A stretch of DNA of 30,200 nucleotides, from IMG/VR virus record IMGVR_UViG_3300005805_000320, positions 1-30,200 of that record. One strand, written 5' to 3'. The stretch is from a virus. Its lineage: Duplodnaviria; Caudoviricetes. The notes beneath the pieces were generated by a model. It made no database searches, was not told where the DNA came from, and was given only the letters and a program-made list of their open reading frames with translations. The stretch's first letter is position 1. Each line of letters begins with the position of its first letter. This document shows positions 1 through 9,000 of this stretch, one piece after another. The translations under genes and the position numbers were made by a program.

Positions 1-95
1 CCACCTAAGTGGTCTCCACCATTGTACAACTCTTTTACTCCATGAAATCCTATTTTGAACAGATTATCTCCGTCCACTAATAATGTTTTAATCAC
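1..95 (-). CDS. 5'-3' exonuclease / flap endonuclease (PolA N-terminal or T4 RNase H-like), N-terminal fragment running off the window
   Basis: Not in the ORF track. Hand translation from GTG at 95 gives (M)IKTLLVDGDNLFKIGFHGVKELYNGGDHLGG; LLVDGxNL is the typical N-terminal motif of PIN-fold 5'-3' exonucleases. It lies directly downstream of the recombinase. Confidence 0.75.
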   Translation of the reverse strand, partial: MIKTLLVDGDNLFKIGFHGVKELYNGGDHLG

Positions 96-124
96 AACTC
101 GTGATTTAAATGTGAAACAATATA

Positions 125-1126
125 CTAATCTTCTTTTTCTTCCATCAGTGTAAAATCACCATCGGAACCAATAATATTTTTCCAATAATCGGCATATTCT
201 TTTTTGTAGGATTCGATGGATGCCTTTTCTTCAGCAGCCTCTTTACCGGCCAAAAATCCATGAGGGGTTACAATAATTTTTCCATCTTCATAACCAAGAC
301 CATTAATGTGGTTTTTCATCACAGATACTTTGGTTCTGATTGCAAACTTAATACTTCTCTTATCTTTTGTTGCAGTAATCTTATTAGTTCCCGCTCCTTT
401 TTGATTTCCAAATAAGAATACCAATGATGAGTTTAACCAAATAGCTTCACCACCTTTTGCTTTAATTTTTGGTTGGCCGAAAGGATTGTCAGGTAATTCA
501 ACCCAAGGTTGATTAACAATAACCAAAGTGTTTTCATATTTTGAATCAGCTTTACGTGAACCTGAAATACGTTGGTTGATACCCATACCAATTTTGTCAG
601 CCAAAGTGGATGCGTTATGTTGTTTTCCACCTTTACCTTCAAAGGTCATTTTACAAGGGACAGAACCAACTGAATCCCAAAGGAATAATAAACTATAATC
701 TAATTCACCCTTCTCTTGAGCATCCAATAAACTATTGATATAGTCAGTAATCTGTTCAATATAGTCGAAGTTATTATTGAAGATATAAAATCCATCCCAA
801 TCCAACTCTCCAGTTTCCTCATCAACAACTTCTTCGCATTGAAATCCCATAAGCTTAGCATGTTCAAAACTCCACTTCTGCTCTGTAATAATAAACACAG
901 GAAGAATCCCTTTTTTCTGAGCGTCGACAGCTGTTTTAACCAACGCGGTAGTTTTACCTGTATCGGAATGACCCAAGAACATATTGAGATGCCCGATAGC
1001 TGGGCCAGGAAGCCCAACAGCATCCAAAAAGTCAGGACCTAAGTCGAAAAATCTTTGAGGTTTATATTTTGCAGATGTTGAAAATTTTTTTTTCAAACTT
1101 TCAAAGTCATTCTTCTTGATTGCCAT
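125..1126 (-). CDS. RecA/UvsX-like recombinase
   Basis: Walker A GHSDTGKTT, Walker B LFLWDSVGS, VIVNQ and KGGEAI (RecA L2/GG region), and KVSVMKNH. The start is moved from 1156 to ATG 1126 (MAIKKNDF) because 1142-1170 is a hairpin. Stop codon is TAG. Confidence 0.9.
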   Translation of the reverse strand: MAIKKNDFESLKKKFSTSAKYKPQRFFDLGPDFLDAVGLPGPAIGHLNMFLGHSDTGKTTALVKTAVDAQKKGILPVFIITEQKWSFEHAKLMGFQCEEVVDEETGELDWDGFYIFNNNFDYIEQITDYINSLLDAQEKGELDYSLLFLWDSVGSVPCKMTFEGKGGKQHNASTLADKIGMGINQRISGSRKADSKYENTLVIVNQPWVELPDNPFGQPKIKAKGGEAIWLNSSLVFLFGNQKGAGTNKITATKDKRSIKFAIRTKVSVMKNHINGLGYEDGKIIVTPHGFLAGKEAAEEKASIESYKKEYADYWKNIIGSDGDFTLMEEKED

Positions 1127-1139
1127 AAGGTTTGTGAGT

Positions 1140-1170
1140 AAAACTCGGATACCCATTAAGTATCCGAGTT
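1140..1170 (-). terminator. 11-bp hairpin with a short U-tract between ssb and recA (weak terminator or attenuator)
   Basis: AACTCGGATAC-N7-GTATCCGAGTT at 1142-1170; the minus strand reads ...GTATCCGAGTTTTA. Confidence 0.55.
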
Positions 1171-1181
1171 GAGTTGTTTAA

Positions 1182-2030
1182 TTAGAACGGTAAATCTGAT
1201 GATGGTTCATCGTCCATCTGTGGATCTACATATGAGGATTTCTTGGAACCTCCTCCAATAAATGTTTCTTCAACCGAACTATCACCGTAAACGTAACCAC
1301 CTTTTTCTGAGTCCCATTTAGGAGTTTCTCCTCTTGCAATTGCTTCAAGGTAATCAACAGGTTTTTTGGAATAAACGTCCATCCATGTCAATTCATCTTC
1401 AATCCAAGCTTTTGCCTGTTGCTTGTCTGTATGTACTGGTGCTGGATCATCATACATAATAGTTGATACTGTTGTGTATTCTTTACCCTTTGGAGTTTTT
1501 GCTTTAGCGAGTTCAATGACTAAATCTCTACCATTCGTAGGGTCGGTGATATCACCTTTGTTTCTCCAAATAGGAATAATTTTGTCGAGGATACCATCAT
1601 TCTTGAAGTTGTGTTTGAATCTCCAAAACTTTGGTCCGTCTTCTTCGTGGTCTCTATCAATTAGTTTAACAATATAGAATTTACGAGACTTGTACTGTTT
1701 CGCCAATTCTTTGTCAGATTCTTTACCAGTTGACATTAACTCTTCGTAAACCTCATTCAAAGGTGAACGTTCGTTGTCATTTTTTCCTGGATCGTAGAAT
1801 TTCTGCCACTGTCCACCAACTTGGATTTCGTGATACCAAGCTTCTTTGAATGGTGATGAACCATCTGGTGTAGGTAGAATTCTAACTCTCCTTTGTCCTG
1901 ATTTCTCTTTATCTCCTAAGATTAAAGCGAAATACTTTTTCATTCTTTCGTCTTGCGACATTTTCGATTGGGCCCCGCCCCCTTGCTGATTTTTTTCGTA
2001 CTGTGCCAATACGGCGTCTAATGAACTCAT
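1182..2030 (-). CDS. Single-stranded DNA-binding protein, T4 gp32-like
   Basis: RVRILP...PFKEAWYH, a RKFYIVKLIDRD segment and DITDPTNGRDL match gp32-like SSBs. Acidic C-terminus DDEPSSDLPF; adjacent to the recombinase. Confidence 0.8.
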   Translation of the reverse strand: MSSLDAVLAQYEKNQQGGGAQSKMSQDERMKKYFALILGDKEKSGQRRVRILPTPDGSSPFKEAWYHEIQVGGQWQKFYDPGKNDNERSPLNEVYEELMSTGKESDKELAKQYKSRKFYIVKLIDRDHEEDGPKFWRFKHNFKNDGILDKIIPIWRNKGDITDPTNGRDLVIELAKAKTPKGKEYTTVSTIMYDDPAPVHTDKQQAKAWIEDELTWMDVYSKKPVDYLEAIARGETPKWDSEKGGYVYGDSSVEETFIGGGSKKSSYVDPQMDDEPSSDLPF

Positions 2031-2065
2031 AGTTTTTTAAGTTTTAAAATGATAAATTATATAAA

Positions 2066-2096
2066 CAAATATAACCAAAACTAAGAATAAGTCAAA
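2066..2096 (-). promoter_or_regulatory. Host-type (Bacteroidota sigma) promoter upstream of ssb
   Basis: Minus strand TTTG (2096-2093)-N19-TATATTTG (2073-2066) matches the Bacteroidetes -33 TTTG / -7 TAnnTTTG consensus. It can also be read as TTGACT-N16-TATATT. Confidence 0.65.
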
Positions 2097-2097
2097 T

Positions 2098-2122
2098 AAA
2101 AAAGGTACCCGAAGGTACCTTT
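2098..2122 (-). terminator. Rho-independent terminator with a C(UUCG)G tetraloop ending the structural block
   Basis: Minus strand AAAGGTACC-TTCG-GGTACC-TTTTTT, just after the stop of ORF 2141..2824. Confidence 0.9.
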
Positions 2123-2140
2123 CAAACGTTCAATCAGATT

Positions 2141-2824
2141 TTATCTGAAAGACGTTTTATAGACTTCATTATCTAATCCTCCACCAGGTTGGAATGAATT
2201 TTTAATGTCATTTACATTAATATCCGTGACTTCGTCTGAAGTTAAAACATAATCATTTTTTCCCGTTTTTTCCATTTCTTCGGACTTATCATCGAAAAAT
2301 TGTGAAAGTTTTTGACTAAACGGATAAGAGTCATATGTTCTTAATTCTAATTTCTCTTGTGGAGTTTTCTCTCTGTATTTTTCGATCTTATTTTCGAGGG
2401 AGTTAAGTTTGTTCATGATGTTGTCCATCTCACTCAACTTAGATTGTAAATCATTAAGTTGATTGAATAAGTTGTTAAAATACTCTTCTTGTTTTGTTTC
2501 TATATTTTTTTGTGAATCAACTAATTCGGTGATATCCAATTCTTCAGTACCACTTTCTTCAGTTCCTTCTTCAGATTCACCTTCATCGTCAATTTTTTCG
2601 ACATCAGGGTCCGACTCAACATCTATAGGTTGTGGTCCAGATCCTTGCTCAGGAGGCAACGGAGGTGTTGCTCCAGCGGGTGGTGGAGGAGGAGCCGCTC
2701 CTGGTGCAGGTGCTAATGCTCCTAAAGCATCTGCTTCAGGTGTTGCTCCTACTTGTTCTAAAATATACTGATTGATTTTTCTATGTCTTTCAATCTCCTT
2801 GATAATTTTTTTATCTAAACTCAT
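2141..2824 (-). CDS. Hypothetical protein with Pro-rich, acidic and coiled-coil segments (possible head-internal or scaffold-like protein)
   Basis: 227-aa ORF containing APAPGAAPPPPPAGATPPLPP, an acidic tract, and heptads LFNQLNDLQSKLSEMDNIMNKLNSLENKIEK. Confidence 0.75.
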   Translation of the reverse strand: MSLDKKIIKEIERHRKINQYILEQVGATPEADALGALAPAPGAAPPPPPAGATPPLPPEQGSGPQPIDVESDPDVEKIDDEGESEEGTEESGTEELDITELVDSQKNIETKQEEYFNNLFNQLNDLQSKLSEMDNIMNKLNSLENKIEKYREKTPQEKLELRTYDSYPFSQKLSQFFDDKSEEMEKTGKNDYVLTSDEVTDINVNDIKNSFQPGGGLDNEVYKTSFR

Positions 2825-2827
2825 GGT

Positions 2828-3052
2828 TTAACCGTTTAATAAAGTTTTTATTCCGTTGGCGGTTTCTACTCTAACCTTTCTGTTGGCTGTAGTTTGATGA
2901 CCCGCTCTTTCGATAAGACCGTCTCTTTCTCTTACTGTGTAACAATCTCCTGTATCCAAGTCACAAACTTGTTTGGTTCCGTCTCCATTGTCTTCTTGTG
3001 AAAATCTTACAGATTTACCAAGATAATTGTCTAATGCTGATTTAATGTTCAT
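2828..3052 (-). CDS. Small hypothetical protein
   Basis: 74-aa ORF preceded by a TATTTATA motif, ending 3 nt before the next start. Confidence 0.75.
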   Translation of the reverse strand: MNIKSALDNYLGKSVRFSQEDNGDGTKQVCDLDTGDCYTVRERDGLIERAGHQTTANRKVRVETANGIKTLLNG

Positions 3053-3065
3053 AAGAATCTTTTTA

Positions 3066-3073
3066 TATAAATA
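3066..3073 (-). promoter_or_regulatory. TATTTATA putative late-promoter motif
   Basis: 13 nt upstream of ATG 3052; the motif recurs ahead of other genes on the coding strand. Confidence 0.6.
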
Positions 3074-3083
3074 TGTTGTTATG

Positions 3084-6000
3084 TTATAAAATAATTTTTC
3101 CTGATGTTACATTGAAAGGTTCATTCGGTAATTCTGATTCTATATACCTAATTGCCAACTGAAATTCTCCCAATGCAGAAACTCTTATCAAGTTGGTATA
3201 TTTTGTGTTAGGCCCATTTGTAATAGTAATCGTCATAGTATCTATCTCAGGTACTCTTACAATTTCAGTCTTTAATACCGTCAAGTTTGTAGTTGGAGTA
3301 AGTTGATAAGTATAATACCCTCCGTTTGGTTTTTCGATATTGTAATAACTATTACCATTAAAGTTTGGTAAACCACCAGAGTTTGTGTCTGAAACTAAAC
3401 TAAGTCGACCCTTTCCTCGTTTGACCACACTTGGAATATTTAACTCGAAGGTAAAATTAAGAGTAACATTTTCCGAATTCACCGATCTATCATCAGGAAG
3501 TGCGGTCAAAGTTATAAACACAATAGTCTTAGTAGTGCTGATTTTGTAATCATTTAAGTTCAGAAGTTCAATCATTTGTTGTTCATTTACAATAAATTCT
3601 TGTTGGTCTTCCGAAACAAATTGTTCAAGTTTTTGGTTATCTAACTTTTTAACTTGATTTAATTTGATGGTATTATTAGGACCTTCTACAACTTCATTAA
3701 TTGTGTAACTGTATAAATTAGTTTCACTAATTTTCCATCCCGTAACTTCGGGATTCACTCTAACCACTAACTTAGAAGTACTTCCTGTCTCATCTTTAAC
3801 CTGTTTAGTTTCAATTAAAGGGATTGGTCCAGTATTTTGTGGGTTAGGGTTTGAACCAAGAATATTTTGTTGTGATATACTTAATTGTTCTTGAGAATTC
3901 TTATTTGCATATCCTCCCGGTGATGATGTTTCATTTGGTAATGATGGATTGAATGTAAAGTCAACCAAACTTTCGAATGTTCCATATTCTGTAGTAATAC
4001 TTATTCTTCCAGTTGCAACACTTTGCCCCTCAGGAATTTGAACTGCAGGTAGAGTAAATCTCAATGTCTGAGGGTTGAACACAGTAATATCTTTTAACTC
4101 AACATCTTTGTTTATAACTCTGATTGATTTTACAGATTCGAAATTTCGTCCATTGACTTGGACAATTGTACCTGTATTTCCAGCAGAAGGAGAGAATGTA
4201 GATATTACAGGTGGTGGACAGGTTTGTCCTACATTCGGTGGAATTGGTGATGGTGTTGGTGTAACTCCTGGTGTTTTACCATTATTTTCTGTTTTATCAA
4301 TTTGAACTTTGAATTCAATAGACAAAGAAGTATCTGTTAATCCTGCCTCTACGGCCGATTTAAGTCCTTCATACATTGTATCTTTGGTTTGTTTAAAAGT
4401 ACCAACATTTGAGTCATAATAACTTTCTGATATATTTGTCGTTGGCCAATAACACACATAGTACTTAACTAATCCAATATTTAATATTAACGGTATTCGT
4501 GGTGTTAATCTACTTGACATAAAATTTATGTATGAATCCAAAGAACTAAAATGAGCAATAGGCTGAGAAGAATTAGATGATGGGCTCGTTTTAATATTCA
4601 CACAAGTATAGGTTTTTCCCAAAAGTGAAACTTGAGCTCCCCAATCAGTTGTTAATGGTAATGTTGTCAAATTATAATTCCAACTATTAAAACTTCCGAT
4701 TTTTGTGTCCGCATCTGGTTGAAATGTTCTGACATATGAAATACAATATATAATAGTTTGTAGAGTAGGATTGTTTGGTATTAATCTTTTTAGAGCATCT
4801 GCCAACTGTTTAGGAGTAATGTTGGTTGGTATTCCGTTATCCGCGACATATCCACCATTTAAATAAACGGATTCAGTTATTTTGGACGTACAGGAATTTG
4901 TTGTATCCAAAGTATTATTTGCCTTCTGTACTACTTGTGTTGACTTGATATTGTTTGTAGTTGCACTAACCGTGACTTGGTCTTTATTAATTTTCAACAA
5001 TTCCTCAAGTTTTGTAATTAAATTTTGATTAATACTTTGTAAGAAACTATCAATCGCAGGCAAATCAAAGATACCTTGTCGGATACCATCAAATGTAGTT
5101 TGAAAGGAACCAGGTTGAATTGAGTGACTAACACTAGTAATCATGTATGGCCCATTAAACATTGGAACATGTCTAACATTAAAATACATTGTTGGTTGTA
5201 TTAATGCATTCCCTAAACTTGTGACGGAAGATTTATAGGACCTGTTTTTGTACAAATTATACAAACCATTATTCTGAGTAGCAACAGATCTACCAGACGC
5301 TTGGTCTACCATGTTTAACTGAGTATTTATCGCTTCAGAAGTTGCAACTCCATTATCTTGAGAAACTGTGAACGAATAAAATATATTTTGATTTCTAGTC
5401 CCAACATCAACGTTGAATCCAACACATTTGTTAGACTTATCATAATCTTTTTTTCCATCTAAATTTTCTAAAAGAGGATTTTCAGACGCCCTTCTCATAT
5501 CAAAGGCATCATCCCTAAATCTAAAATTCCCTTTAGGTAAATTCAGATACTGTGAGGGTTTTCCAACGTAAAAACAAACCAATTTTGGGCCTGAATCTCT
5601 ATAATCCACGTCTAAAAATGTCCCCCATAACTTATTTGCAAATTGTAATGACCCTTCAGGTTTTGGAATTGAAGTCCCACCCACATCTTGTACGTTATAA
5701 AAATTAACATATGCTGGTAATGGCATCACTGTAAAATTATTCTTTATCAAAATTCCACTTATGAACGTAAATACACTCATAGCTTGATTAAGTGAATATT
5801 CTCCTGGATTTCCACCAATACCAAACATGTACTTCAAATCGAATATATCAAGTAAAATGGTATCTCCAATGTTTCTTGATGCTCTATCCAAAAACAACAT
5901 GTCTTCGAATAAAGTTTTGGTTGTGTAGTCTCCACCAGCAACCCACTTATCATTTAAGGCTTTAAAAACTTCATAATTTTCAACCTTACTTTGTTCCCCC

Positions 6001-9000
6001 GTTATTACACTGTTAATAACACGTTCAGGTAATTGTTGTTGATTCGGAAGGACTTTTCTTAATCCTGTTAGTACCCCATTTAAAAAATTATTTTGTAGGC
6101 CAACTTCTTGCTGTAAATACTGATTTAATTGAGTTTGGAATTGTGAGGCACTTATACTTGGGTTAACTAATTTTTGTGTTGCATACATTTTGATAATTGG
6201 TGCCAACAATGTCACATTTTGACTTGTAAACTCAATATTATTATCTATGAAAAAGTCGGTAATATAAGACCCAAGAGAACTGTATCTTACATTAGGTATT
6301 GTTGAAAATCCTACTTCAGTTTCAAGTGCAAGCCACGCTTGTCTATTATTAGCTTGAGATTGACTCAATGTCAAATCACTACCAGATTGTGGTAAAGAGT
6401 TCGGAACATATGGTTTGAATGTAATTGGGTCAACCACCGCTTCAGAATTGTTGTGAGACAAATAAGAATCAAATATTCTCCTTTCATAATTTGAAGGATT
6501 ACCATATTTGAATACAATATCATATTCCATAAAAGACCTTATCCCACTTTGAAATAAAGTATACTGATTATTAATTGTATTTGTAAAATATTGTTCGTCT
6601 GTTTCACCTTGAACCTTTGTGGGAACTGTCATTAAACTTTTGAATAGAGATTGAAAGTTTTTAAAGTTAGCGTTCAAATTCACTGTAGACTGTCCAAAAG
6701 TTGACACATCCCTACCAACAGTTGCATTACTTATTGGTTTACAAAAATTTAAAAACTCCAATTCGAAAACATCCAAAATTTTCTTTTCAAAAACTGAGAA
6801 TATTTCTTCAATTTTTGTATATCTATCTTGAGTTAAAAAGTGTAATGGGGGTTGTGAGGTTGAACCCGTTGTAATAAAATTTAAGTAGGAATCTGGTTCA
6901 GGAAACGCCAATTGGTCATTGTCAAAATATCCGAAGTTTGGTGCCGGCCATAAACATCTCACAGACCCATTATAAACACTAGAATTATTAGTTAAATTCA
7001 CAGAAGTAGTTGGAGTTGTTGTCTCATTTGTAATACATGAATTAACAGTTTGATTAAATGGTGTACCGAAAGAAGGTATTACAAAATAATCTCCACTCTT
7101 AGTGTTATCTTTAGGATTACAATCGATAGGGACTTCAGGACTAAGATTAGGTAATAATACTGACCACGTGTTCAATCTCAAGTTTTTATCACCCTGTTTA
7201 GCATTTACTATATTCGAGGAACTAAAATTATATATTTTCATTCCCGCATTAATACTATTTTGAATTTCAGCGTCTGTATAATTTTGATACAAATCATATC
7301 CATTATAAAAAACACTAAAGTCATTAATTATTTTAGGATAAAATCCTAATTGCATCTTAACATCAGAATCAGTTTCACTTTGTAGTTGGATATTGGTTTC
7401 CAATTCTGAATATTTGAAAGAATATGTTTGAGTAGTTGAACTTGTCGGTGGATAATAATTCCCCGCATAATCAAAGTTTTTCCAAGCACTTTGTAATATA
7501 TCAATGTTGGATTCTTTATACTTTTTATATCTATGCCATATTGACCCATATTTTAATATCCAAGCATATGGTAACTTGTGTATTGCACCAAATTTTTTAA
7601 GTGAAGAAGATATATAATCTAAATCTGAAACGACATCATTAGAAACTGATTTATATTTTTCTCTCAAAGTTGCTAAGGGCAATGAATTTAAGAATAAGTA
7701 AGCAGCTTGAACATATGGATAGGGATTTTCAGGAATTCTCGAATTGTATACTCCGTTTTGAATTGCATTTACAAAGTAAGGTGTATTCAACATTGAAGTG
7801 GTCCGTTTAAATGTAAACGCAAGATTGATTCCAAAAACTGAAGGGAGAATACCATCTATGTATCCTTCTGTTGCAATAAAATTATCAGGTTGTCTTTGGA
7901 AATAAAATACATTTAAATCAACGTTTCCTGAGTTGAGAGCTCCATCGGTTGAGGCCTCGATAGAAGGATTACGATTTAATAGATATGAAAAATTTGTTAC
8001 AGGTCTGTTAGTAGTATAATCATAAACATCAGTGAAATTAGAAATTATTTTTCTTGGTTCAAAAATAGTTAAAGATTTGTTTGTACTATAAACTTGATTA
8101 GAAAACGCACTATTTCCTTGGTTCAAATTATTCAAACACCAAGTTGGGTCAGTATAAGGTAAGGTGTCAACAATCAAAGGAGTATTGGAAGCGTTATTCA
8201 GTAACAATCTTAAAGCATCAGACTTTGTAGAAACTTGTGGGATTTTACCAAGATCCAAAGCACTTAAAATAGCAAAAGAATTTTCAGTAATTCCCTTGAT
8301 ATATGGTGTCACGAAAAAATCTCTAATATAATCTTGATACGCCCTTCCAGTACCCGAATTAGATATTGTTCTAAGAAAATTAGGATAATTGGTTGCATCA
8401 AGATTAAAATTTTTAAGTTTCAATGTTAGATAAGGTGAACTAATACCAAGTTTTGTTTGAATATTGTTAACTTCAGTTTCAATATTCAACTTGATTAATT
8501 CATCAACTTGATTCAAATTGGCTCTTACTAATCCCGAATAATGTGATGTTAAAAACTGTCTTTCCCATATCTCATAGAAAAATTTTACCTCTTCTTTATT
8601 TGCATATGGTATACCCGTAGACGGATATTCAATCGCATTGATATTAATTATGTTTGTATCACGTTCATTATCTAAAGGTGGAGGGGCAGATGGATTCTGA
8701 AACTTTTGGGTCAGTCCCTTCATATATTCCTCCACAAATTCAACTTCAGGCCATTTGTCATAAAGGTAACCTTGAGTAGTATCCACTACTGATGGGTCCG
8801 CCAAATATTTCAATTGAAATCTACCTTTTTTATCATCAGGTGTTTCCACGAAATATTGTGGCCATGGATAAACAGGTATTTCAGAATTGTTTACGATATC
8901 ATCGAGTTGGTTCTGATTCACTAAATTGTCAGAGACCCTTACTACTTGGTCTACAGTTTCAGAACTTGGGGCTGATGCAGGATTATCCAATATTGCTTTT

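Noticed and set aside
1127-1156. Upstream recA start at 1156 (MGIRVLLTNL)
   Set aside because: It lies within the intergenic hairpin; ATG 1126 gives a more plausible N-terminus.
433-1677. Short alternative-frame ORFs 433..642, 700..1023, 839..1042 and 1423..1677
   Set aside because: They lie wholly inside recA or ssb and have no recognisable motifs; shadow ORFs.
2463-2771. Gly/Ser-rich plus-strand ORF
   Set aside because: It is the antisense mirror of the Pro/Glu-rich codons of 2141..2824.
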